Origin: Neodothiora populina
Taxonomy: Eukaryota
NCBI RefSeq assembly: GCF_041146345.1
Contig: NW_027191411.1
Location: 124,001-188,000, forward strand
Direction of reading: 5' to 3'
Length of the DNA stretch: 64,000 nt
Shown here: positions 49,521-60,059 of the stretch, one piece after another
Layout: the number at the start of each line of letters is the position of its first letter
Position numbering within the stretch: the first letter of the stretch is position 1
Translations under genes and position numbers: made by a program
Notes under the pieces: model-generated
Database searches by the model: none
What the model saw: only the letters and a program-made list of their open reading frames with translations
Told to the model about the DNA's origin: nothing

Positions 49521-50446
49521 ATGTCTTTCTCGAGGTTGATCCGTTTCGAGGGCGCCGATGGTGCTGAGCATTTTGGAGAGCCCCAGATCGACAACGCCGA
49601 TGATCTTACCAAGCTCCTCGAGAGTGGAAAGCTCGTCGCAACCGTTCTCGAGGGTGGCTCGCCCTTCGATCTCAAGTCCGGCAGTGGCAACACACAAGAA
49701 GTCAAGCGTATTCTCCCAATTTTAACACCTAAGGACGTGCCCATCATCAAATGTATCGGACTCAACTACATCAAGCACAGTATGTGAGACTGCAGGGAAA
49801 ATCAAAGGAATTAGAACTGACAGTTATTGAAGTTCAGGAAGGTGGCCGAAAACCCCCACCATACCCATCAGTCTTCATCAAGCCTTCTGCATGTGTTGCC
49901 TCCAGTACTGAGGATGTACCTATCCCAAAGCTTGCACAGGAAGACCAATGCGACTATGAGGGCGAATTGTCAGTCGTCATAGGCAAGGCTGGCAAGAACA
50001 TCAGCAAGGAGGACGCGCTCGATTATGTCGCAGGTTACGTCGCTTCCAATGATGTGTCTGCAAGAACTTGGCAACGTGATCCTGCGTACGCTGGCGGCGT
50101 TCCACAATGGTGTTTCAGCAAGGGATTTGACAAGTATGCTCCGCTAGGGCCCATGATCGTCTCCCCCAAGGTTGTGGGAGATGCGAGCAAGCTCCGTTTA
50201 CAAACCTGGGTGAATGGCGATCTAAGGCAGGACACCGAGACGAGCGATCTACTTTTTGGAGTCAAGGAGATCATCAGCTTCATCAGCCAGGGCACAACGT
50301 TAGAGCCTGGAACTGTTGTCATGACTGGAACTCCCGCTGGCGTGGCAATGGGCATGAAGACACCTCTTTATCTCAAAGATGGTGATGTTGTTAAGGTCGG
50401 CATTTCAGAGCTTGGATACGTGGAGAACAAGATGGTTTTCGAGTAA
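49521..50446 (+). CDS. Fumarylacetoacetate hydrolase family protein (putative fumarylpyruvate/maleylpyruvate hydrolase); intron 49780-49832 (alternative in-frame acceptor 49823)
   Basis: Motifs CIGLNY..H, FIKP, DYEGEL, NDVSAR, SKGFD..APLGP, TGTP. Substrate is inferred from cluster context. Confidence 0.88.
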
Positions 50447-50741
50447 AGCAGCATTTAGAGCACAGAGATGATTCCCCTCATCGCTTGAGAAGCTTAAATT
50501 TTCCAAGGGTCGCAGAGCTGCGGGGTAAATGTATTTATTCGTATATAATAGTGAAAGCGTATTCCGCTGTCATGCCAATCATACAAGTGCAATTCCGCAC
50601 ACAGATGCGGAATGGTTCCGATAGCCATAACTCCAAAACCCGCCCCGTCATGGGTGACAAGTAAATAAGAAGGCCACGATGCCAGTTCGAAAAATGAAAA
50701 TGAACTGTTCTGGGGCAATAGCAAACAGTGATCGAGCCAAC

Positions 50742-51252
50742 ATGTCGGCAAGCTCGTACCAAGGGTCATGTCTTTGCGGGGACATCAAGTTTAGCGTTGA
50801 AGGGGAACCCCAAAAGGTGTTCAACTGCTACTGCTCGGATTGCACCAAGAATGCCGGAGCTCCGTACCAGCTGGTCAGAATTCCAGACAATCCACACTGC
50901 ATGCACGCAGATACGTTTCTTAACTTCAATGTTGCTAGATTGCCAAATATGATTCCAGCAAATTAAGTGTCGAGGATCCGAAGAACCTGCAAACAGTCTT
51001 CACAATCAAAAAGACCATCAGCGGGCATGAGAAAAAGAAGGTTTTCTGCAGGCAGTGTGGTTGTACACTCTGGACTATCCCCATGCACCACAAAGGCGCA
51101 TTGACGATCATGAGGACATCATTGATCGATGGAGGGTGAGTATCACGGGACATATGGAATGAGTCTTGACTGAAATGGTCAGAATCGAGAGATGGAAGCC
51201 GGAGATGGAGATGTTTGGCCAGCTTCGACCTAGGTGGTTCAAAGAGACCTGA
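50742..51252 (+). CDS. GFA/CENP-V (Mss4-like, glutathione-dependent formaldehyde-activating family) Zn protein; introns 50874-50938 and 51136-51182
   Basis: GSCLCGDIKF, CYCSDC, FCRQCGCTLW and C-terminal KPEMEMFGQLRPRW after splicing. Not recovered as a single ORF in the supplied track. Confidence 0.85.
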
Positions 51253-51748
51253 GACTTTGCGAAAGCGTTACGGCACTGGTGCATTCTGGATATGGTGACA
51301 TTCTACATGAAGGAAGTTGGACCTCGGAGAACTCATCAATTACAATTAATTTATCTGTCGTTCGGCACACGTCACGGCAGTGCTCAATCATATGTCTCAC
51401 TGTGTTTTCGCTTTTGTGGCAGTGCTCTTCGAGATCACTGATCAGAACTCACGATTCACTATGGCATAGAAAAGAACAATCCGATGTATATGCGATGTAA
51501 GTCATTTATGCAAGGGGATTGAATATGTGAATAATTACTATCGTTAGATTCATGAAATACAGTCAATATGCATGTCAAGTGACCTGCAAGTTGTATGCGA
51601 GAAATCATTGCGCATGCAATGCCGAAAGTCCAATGGGTGTGAAGGTGTAAGGCAGCCCAACACTTTACTTCTGTCCCGTAGCAGGGGTATCTCTATGGCA
51701 TCGAAAGTGGGCTCTCGCCTAATCCTCAACAGTTTCTGCTCCATTCGC

Positions 51749-52807
51749 TCAAGTCATCTCGACGAATGACAAATTCTCCACCAAGGGCCTGTCATTGATT
51801 GCGAAGAGGTAGGCGGATCCCGAGCCCATAGTACTTGTGTGGGTCACCTCACTGTATGAGGGGACACTGAAAGTATCCCTGCCGACCCACTCAATCTTCT
51901 TCGGCTCTTTCTCTCTTGGCGTCTTGATCAACGAGTAGCCCTTGCCGTCGTAGACATGGTAGATGTACGAAAGGACCTCCTTGCTCACAGAAGTTGTATG
52001 ACCAGCCTCGACACGCTCAGCTTGTGCAGAGATGGTCTTCGAAAGGTGTGAACCACCAGCGAGACGATACTGGTAAATAGCATGCTGAACCCTTTGATTA
52101 TCCAAGTTCTCTTGGACACCCTTCCAAGGGATGCGCGCGGCACTTTCGGGAGCCGGTGCGGACGGATAGCGTGGCGCAATGTACTGTTCAACGAAGTTGA
52201 TTGGGAATTGCTGCCAAACGGGCAGATCAAGCCCGTCGAGCCAAATCACAGGACCAGTGCCTTCGTTGCCATGGTCGTGCCATTGCCAGCTGGGAGTCAA
52301 GACTACATCGCCTCTGTGCATAACAATCTTCTCGCCCTCGACAGCGGTGAAACCTCCGCTACCTTCAATGATGAAGCGCAGAGCGAAGGCTCGGTGTCTG
52401 TGGGCCGGGGCAGTCTCGCCGGGCATAACAATCTGCAGACCTCCGTAGATGGTATCAGTCGTGCATGGCGGTGGTAGAACATCATCAACGAGGACAAGGA
52501 CACGACGTTCGGCATCCTCGGCAGCGACGAGGTCGGCTGCTCGTAACAGAGCCGGGTGTATCTTCTCGTACTTCCAATGGGTTGGTACTGCCTTAGGGTT
52601 TGGGAAAGGAGGAACCATTTTGTCCATGGCCGTCCACAGCGGAGTCACATTTTTGTCCCCCAGCGTGGCAAAGTACTCTTCGGTGAGCTTCTTGTGCTCA
52701 TCAGCCTCGTCGTTGGGACGATGCTCCAAGTGGGAAGATGAGACAGTTTCCTTGTGTTTGTATGCAGCTGTAGCCACCGTTGGCTGGACTGTAGCAGTGA
52801 AACTCAT
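51749..52807 (-). CDS. Gentisate 1,2-dioxygenase (bicupin), intronless
   Basis: PLW, AERRVL, TDTIYGGLQ..MPGETAPAHRH..FALRFIIEG, LTPSWQWHDHGN, WLDGLDLP. Fe-binding His triad present in cupin 1. Confidence 0.92.
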   Translation of the reverse strand: MSFTATVQPTVATAAYKHKETVSSSHLEHRPNDEADEHKKLTEEYFATLGDKNVTPLWTAMDKMVPPFPNPKAVPTHWKYEKIHPALLRAADLVAAEDAERRVLVLVDDVLPPPCTTDTIYGGLQIVMPGETAPAHRHRAFALRFIIEGSGGFTAVEGEKIVMHRGDVVLTPSWQWHDHGNEGTGPVIWLDGLDLPVWQQFPINFVEQYIAPRYPSAPAPESAARIPWKGVQENLDNQRVQHAIYQYRLAGGSHLSKTISAQAERVEAGHTTSVSKEVLSYIYHVYDGKGYSLIKTPREKEPKKIEWVGRDTFSVPSYSEVTHTSTMGSGSAYLFAINDRPLVENLSFVEMT

Positions 52808-52827
52808 GATTGATTGATTGATTGATT
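52807..52827 (+). repeat. (TGAT)5 microsatellite abutting the dioxygenase start codon
   Basis: tgattgattgattgattgatt immediately upstream (minus strand) of the ATG. Confidence 0.8.
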
Positions 52828-53128
52828 TACTGATTGACTGTATACAGTATATTATAATCGTGGATGTCGAGTTCTGAGGCTGGCAAGGCTAAGGAGCTTG
52901 AAGGCTACATACTTATATCGCGAAAGCTGTTTCACCACTTCTCCAACCCTTCATTAAGTGGCGAGAGCCCGAGAGAACCATATGACTGAGTGAGATGCTT
53001 CCGGACGAACCATGCATTACCTCCAACCTGCTGAGGTAGGAAATGCCTCGAGCTTAGCGTGAAAGTACCCCATGGGGAGCCATCACAACAACGGTGCTGG
53101 AAGCCATTCCGAAAAAGCGGAGACCCCA

Positions 53129-53142
53129 CGGAAAGTTTTCCG
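53129..53142. promoter_or_regulatory. CGG-N8-CCG site in the dioxygenase/MFS divergent promoter
   Basis: CGGAAAGTTTTCCG, overlapped on both sides by SYGGRG matches. Confidence 0.65.
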
Positions 53143-53577
53143 GGGCGGTACATCTCCTGTCTACATGTCTTCGATCGACCTCGAAACAAGCAATATCGGG
53201 TCACGACCTAGGTCTTCGGAAGCACCCCACGTGGATCTAGAGCACGCCAATCCAACGGGTTGACAGCTTAGCTGAAGTTAGAGCAGGTGACTAGACACAA
53301 AACTGGACATTGGACTGGACTCGGTTTCGTTGAGCCCTAGATGGAACGCATCCGATGACTCCTAGATCGATCCAGTGGCACCATGACCAACCACGGGATC
53401 ATCCCCATGGGGTTCCAGAGCGCACGCACCTTACCGTTCACTGGTCTCTAGTGAATAGTTGATTTGCAAGGACTACGAAGGGTGTATAAATACTCCTATC
53501 GCCTCCAATGTAGATCACCACGGCCTATCCTCACATCTCAACCCATAGCATTATTTGCATCACACAGGCTCTTCACA

Positions 53578-55279
53578 ATGTCGTGGAACAATGATCCTAA
53601 GATGGAGGTGAGCAACATCGAGTATGCCACCTCACCCTCTCCATCCTTGGGGGATAAGGACAACTTCGATGTACAGGAGCATGTCGTCCGAGAATTCGAT
53701 GTCAAGGAAGGCTACGTGCTCGAGGCCCAGGAGGGCGAGACCAGACTCAAGACAGCCTTGAATGGTCACACCGTCTTGATTCCACAGCCCAGCGATGATG
53801 CCGAAGATCCCCTCAACTGGTCACCAAAGAAGAAGGCTCTACTACTTATCGTGGTTTCTTTAACAGCAGCTCTGCCTGATTATGGTAGTGCCGTTGGTGC
53901 CGTGACCCTGATCGCCCAGGCAAAGTGAGTCCTCTGATCCTCATCATTACAAAAGTGAAAGACACTAACTCGTCTCTTCAGGATCTGGGGACTGAGCCCT
54001 GATACTGTCAACCACTCAGCTGTAGGCAATGTCCTTATGCTTGGTATCGGTGGTATCTTTGCCATTGTCATGGCATCCTACGTTGGTCGTGCTCCCACCA
54101 TCTTTTGGTTCCTCGTACTTGCTCTTGCCACAGCAATCTGGTGTGCCGCAGCGCAGAGCTTCGAGTCCTTTATGGCAGCACGCATCCTCAACGGATTCTT
54201 CGAGACGGTCTCCCAGGCTATTGGTCTGACTTTCATCCAAGATGTGTTCTTCTTCCACGAGAGAGTGTAAGTGATGTTCTTGTCACAATTATATCATCGC
54301 AGGTTACTGATGCATCTTCTACAGACGCAAGATCAACATCTGGTCTGCATTCGTTATTCTTTCACCTTTCGTTGGACCCATGATCACTGCCTTCATGCTC
54401 ACCTCGCAACCGTGGCAATCTGCTTTCTGGCTCTACACTGCATTGACTGGCGCATTCCTCATCCTTGTGGTCCTCTTCCTTGACGAGACGTACTACGACC
54501 GCAGAATCGCACCAAGCCATCAGCCACCCAGGAAGTCTCGTATGCTGAGATTAGTTGGTGTCGAGCAGATGAAGTCGAGAAAGCTTCGCAACACCCTCTG
54601 GCAATCAGTCATGCGTCCAGTAAAAGTCATCTCCAAGCCCACCGTTCTTCTTTCTTGCATCTATTATCTCCTCATCTTCTCCTGGTCTGTCGGCATCAAC
54701 ACCACCCTCAGTATCTTCTTGACCAATCTCTACGGCTTCGACTTCAAGGGCATCGGATGCTTCTACTTCACTCCCATCGTCGGAGCCTTGGTCGGAGAAA
54801 TTACAGGTCACTGGATCCACGACTTCATCGCCAAGCGCTACATCAAGACGCACAACGGCCACTTCAACCCCGAAGTCCGTCTCCGAGCCGCTTACATCGC
54901 GACCCCGTTCCTGTGCGCCGGCCTCGTTCTCCTCGGATTCTCCCTCGAGCGCGGCTGGCACTACATGGTCACCTCGGTCGCCTGGGGCTTCTACGTCTTC
55001 GGCATCATGGTCACCACTGTGACCATCAACTCGTACAACCTCGACTCCTACCCCGAGGCATCGGGTGAAGTCGCCGCATGGATCAACGTCTTCCGTGTCA
55101 CGGGTGGCACAGTCATCAGTTACTTCCAGGTCAAGTGGGCGGCCAAGTCCGGCCCGATCATCAGTTTCGGAGTCCAAGGCGCCGTCTGCGTCGCTGCTTT
55201 CATCATCATCTTGGTTCTGCAGAAGTTCGGCAAGGCGATGAGGGCGAAGAGTGGTCCGCTCAATTTCCACACTGATTAA
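53578..55279 (+). CDS. MFS transporter (HOL1/DHA1-like; candidate hydroxyaromatic transporter); introns 53925-53981 and 54267-54324
   Basis: LIPQPSDDAEDPLNWS, YVGRAP, ARILNGFF, IQDVFFFHERVRKINIW, DETYYDR, PEVRL, about 12 TM helices. Confidence 0.88.
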
Positions 55280-56519
55280 ATTATTGATACACGGATTAAA
55301 GTTTCACGACTACGATTTTCTTCTCTTTTGGTTGGATGGTGTCTAGGGAGTATGTAGACAAGGTTCGAATGGGGTCAGGCACAGGATAGGGTCAGGGGAA
55401 ATCTTCTCAAGAAAGCCCCATATATACCAATAACCGCTTCTTCGTCATATTGAGGGATAAGGGATGGGATCTTGTATACTTAACTCTATATACCACGGCA
55501 GTATTTGCAGCAGCAATACTCGTCAAACAACCCAATTTCTGACACTATATGTTCCCTTTCCCACTTGTGTTTTTTCCATTTTCTTGCTTCTCGATTCACT
55601 AGGCATAGGGCATTGTATAAAACGAGTAATGCCTGTGGTGTATCTCGCATTTGCTCTCTTCCCGTGATCGGCAATTCTGTCAAAAAAAAGGTGGGATGTT
55701 GATAGAGCCCGCATAAAGATAGACAGACAAACAGGGTCGCCCTCTAGATCTGGAAGAACATGCATGCCAGCTCGATGCCTCACATTATCCGCGAGCGAGG
55801 CTGGAACAGCATGGATCAAGACAGCAACGAGCATGATTGACATTATCTCTCATGGCATGGGCAAACTACCTTTGGTCCCATCCGCCAATTTGATCGACTC
55901 ACTGCGAATGCTCATGTTATGGGGCAAAGGGAGTATCCGCAGATTGAGCAGTGGGAGCAGGGTAACTGGGTAGCAAGGAGAATCTATGGGGTAGTGTATT
56001 ATTTAGCAGTATATGCTAGTTCTGTATGTATTGGGTATCATAGCGTAATATCTCGTGACGGAGAGACTATGTATAGAAAGAAAGCAGACAATATTTCATT
56101 AGAAAAAGAAGACAGGGAATGGTAAGCAAGGAGGTGATGGGATTTTCCCCACTTTCTTCTCCTTTGTCAAGAACAGTGCAATCGCAAGGAAAATGACAGT
56201 ATCGACGGCTCCTGGATGCAATTCGATATTTTTAAGAGGTCTCAATGTTTTGTGAATGACCTTTCCCTGACGTCGTAACGTCTTGCCGTGCGAATTTCGA
56301 TACTCGGTCATGAAACTTGGAAGTGCGAAGGGCGAAGGATAATCCGGAGGACCACGACTTGTGTGCAGCGAAGAATGTTAATAAAGGAGTCTGCGAGCCA
56401 ATCTTTAAAGCGAAATCACCGCCATTGTCGGCGTTGTTGCTACCAGACTTTCACCAGGGGCGAGTCGAAGCCACCATTGGTCACTCCTGACTGATGACAA
56501 CAAGCAAAAGAAAAGTGAA

Positions 56520-58236
56520 TCATGGTGACGTTGGCCCTGGACTCCAAGTAGCCCCTCGCTGAGGAGGCATATCAATATCTTCTCCGTCGTCAGGTCCACC
56601 GAAGTCAGTATACAGCTCAGCCGTTTCTCGAAAACCATCCATCTCCGCCATATTATGTCTTGACGAGATGGTTCCGTTGACAGTGCTCCTCCTTCGCACT
56701 GGTGGTATCAGATCGCTATATGGGATGAAGCTTCGGAGATATGTAGGCGGAGCTGGACCTGGTTGGGTCAGGTCGGAATAGGTGGGATCTCTGCACTTAG
56801 CTCGGCGGTGATCAACAAGGTGTTTGGCAAGTTTTTCGAGTTCTCCGTGAACATCTGGATCACGTGTATATTCCATTGTATGGTGCTCGATATAACGAAG
56901 GGTTCGATTAGTTTTACCATCAGAGTCGATTGTGCAAGCATCCAATGCTATCTTTTCCAGCCCAGATCGAACGTTGAAGCGGCTGTAGGTAGTGTGGTGG
57001 GAACTCGCAGTCGCTGTAGGACATAGTTGTGTCATGTGTTGGTGGACCGGCTCTGGATCCCCAAGGCCCTTGATCGCCGTGCTGACGATATTGCGGATCT
57101 TGTAGATAAAACTCCCATCGCTGAACACGTTACACGGCGCATTCTTTCCTGTGCCGAGCGACACGAGATAGCGTATCCCTCCCGAAGTCCGTTTGCAATC
57201 AGTCAGTTGATGCATGATAGTGACCTCATTCCAAGCGACGATACTAGGGTTGTTGGCCATGATACCGCCGTCCATGTATTCGCTGGAATCAATCTTGGCA
57301 ATCTTGAAATAATGCGGTGCAGCAGACGTGCCACGTGCGGCCTCGAGAATGGTTGGCGAGTTTCGGTCACTTTGAATATTCAGGTCCAGCCATCGGGATT
57401 CGTGCTCGACGGAAGCATTGACAGCAGTGGCATCTCCCAGTGTGAGACCTGCGTTGTAATAGGTTCGGAAGAGGTGCGGTTTATGAGAAGGTTTGGCCCT
57501 CCTGGTCGCCACTACTCCACTATAGACAAGTTAGTATTTGTCACTATCGGTCTATTGCTGTCGGCTACGAGGGTAACTTGCACTCTAGTTTGACCAAAGC
57601 GAGAAGGACTGTCCTCGGTGAAGGCTACTGGATTCCACAACGCTGCATCGTTGTCCCTACAGTGTTGGCGGATTTTATCTTTCATGACTTTCTCCAGCTT
57701 GCGATGACTGTACTGGGTAAATCTTAGAGGGCGTTTTTTGCGAAATACCTTCGTGCCAAGATCTTCGTATGTATCAAGGCATTGTTTCACTGACATTCTC
57801 AACCGACCAAGCATGATGGCGATGATTCTGCAGGCCGTAGCGCATCACATGTCAATCAGTGAGGTCAAATGACATGGCTAATGACTCACCCGCCGGTACT
57901 TGTTCCGAACATGTAGTTGAAGTAGTGACAAGGTAGTGGAAGTTCCTTATCAATGTTGCCTGTCGTCTCTGCCTCTTGACCGTTCCGAAATGAGCGGGTC
58001 GTGTCATTTTCTTGCTCTCGACGACGAATGATTATCAGCAGCTCACGCAGTATTACAAGAGAGGAATAGCCACGTATGCCCCCTCCATCTACAAGAATCA
58101 GCGCTGCCCAGCTTGCCAACAGATCCTTGTTAGACGTCTTACCTATGGTGAGAACGCTTTCTCTGAGCTGGTCTGGGCAGCTGCACTCACGGGCATCAGC
58201 AGCACCGTACTGCTCAGACGAGCTGTCAGGCGCCAT
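56520..58236 (-). CDS. Patatin-like phospholipase; introns approx. 58091-58143, 57828-57889 and 57520-57581 (GC-AG)
   Basis: DGGGIRG oxyanion hole, GTSTG nucleophile elbow, MLGRL, AARGTSAAPHYF, DGG..ANNP (catalytic Asp), VSLGTG, YSRFNV. Confidence 0.85.
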
Positions 58237-59194
58237 GGGGTGTCACGATGAATGTCGCTGCAGTGGACCGCAGTTCTTTATAAACAGCGCTCACCAAACA
58301 TCGTCTTCGGTATCGCGAGTCACATTTGCATCGCCATATTTCAGCTACCAACGGGGCATAAGCCATACATTGGCAACTCGATGCAATGTGTGCCATCATT
58401 GCCTGATCAAGGCAGCTTTGCAAGCCATAACAGCAAGTATAGATTGATTATTGCTTCCGGACTCAGGCGACCTTAGCAGTGTAATTATTTGCTCGTTAGC
58501 TACTAAGCCACAAGGCTGTGAGAGCGGCAAGGAAGGCTTGTGACGTGGGTCACACCCTTGAGCTATCGAGCAGGCTGAAGAACGGTATTCTCGCTTGTTG
58601 TTCCGAACGATTGGCTGTCAGGTTTCTGTTTAGGATTCACAGACACACATAGAATTGTGGGCTTGTGATAGGTGCACCCGTCTCCAGAATGATTGGCTGT
58701 GGTTCTCCGCCTTGAAAAAATCCGTACCCCCACGCTTAGCTACTCGACGCAAACATGTGGCGATCCATCGATCACGGCTTACTGTCGACCTTGACAGAAG
58801 GCTAGCCGAAGTGAGGAGCCCCGATGTATCGTACAGCTGATATAATTGCGGCCGCTGACTTCCTAGGCCGCCCTTGTGGACCGCGCCTTGACGTGGTTAC
58901 GATGGGAAATTGCGGTACCCAGATTAGGGGCTGGATGCATCTTGCGACAGCAAACTCCCCAAACCTTGCCGGCGTCTATCATGAAAATGGAAATGGTGTG
59001 ACCGGAAATCCTCAAAGCAAGTAGCCCAAAGGACGTAGCCACCAGGAATATTAGCCGAGGTAGAGCGGAGCCCGACCTCTTATATATATGGCTCCTCATG
59101 TCCTTACCTTAGTTAGCCAGATCCATAGCTAGTGTTGTCTTTTGCGAAGCACATAATCCAACACGAGACTTCTGTGCCATTGACCACTCTATAC

Positions 59195-59627
59195 ATGTCT
59201 TTCAGCTCGGAGACGTCGAATCGATCAATACCTTCATGGGAAAAACGACAGGTTCCACCTCGGTTGCACTCCGAACAACCAAGGCAAGGCAAGCCTATTT
59301 ACGTCTATGACTATAGCAAAGACGAGACTATTCGCATCAAAGACGGCTTTGGGTTCTACAAGCAATTCGGTGAGTGGTTTCGCGCGCCTGTCTGAAAGTG
59401 CGAGATCTCAGCTGACAGGATCAGGCGATACATACATCAATGTGGTACCAATCCCGAAAAAGCCAGGGAGACTGCCAATTCACGTTCGCCGAGAGAAACA
59501 GGACTCAGAACTCGTTGCACTGGTGAACATAAGTCCTGCATTGAGATTCCAGCGTTGGATCGGAGAGCAGAAGAAACTTTATGTTGTTGGAGCGTCCTCT
59601 TGGAATACAAATACTCAGGAGGCGTGA
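59195..59627 (+). CDS. Small hypothetical protein (~125-127 aa); intron 59370-59418 (alternative in-frame acceptor 59424)
   Basis: TATATATA at ~59081, ATG 59195. A GTGAGT...CTGAC..CAG intron joins ORFs 59132-59395 and 59307-59627 in frame. No family recognised. Confidence 0.5.
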
Positions 59628-60059
59628 TTGGCAGAACCATGACCACTGTCAACGATCGTTTCTGATTTTGGAGATCTTCTCGGTGGCTAGGCTGTACGCG
59701 TGCAGCGGAACACGACAGCGCTACATCCGGCACTCGAGTTGCATGGATGTAGTATGGCTGTTCGGGCTTGGCGGGACTTTTCAAGGATTTGTTTGTACAC
59801 CTGGTTTGGCTGAACTGTACTTTTTCTTTCACTTGCGTACATATCAATCTGTTCATTGTAATCAAGCTGTCGCTTTTCTGGTTTTCTTTCCTGCTACAGA
59901 GCAGTCCCGTATTTTGGTTGTGATAGTAATGAAGGCCGTATGGTCAGATCGAGTACTCGACAACACATGTGATAAAATGATGTGATCATAGTCAGCCGAC
60001 CTAGTTTCCTTGACGTAAGTGCGTGTCTGGGCTTTTTCGGAAGACGGAAATTGGAGAGG

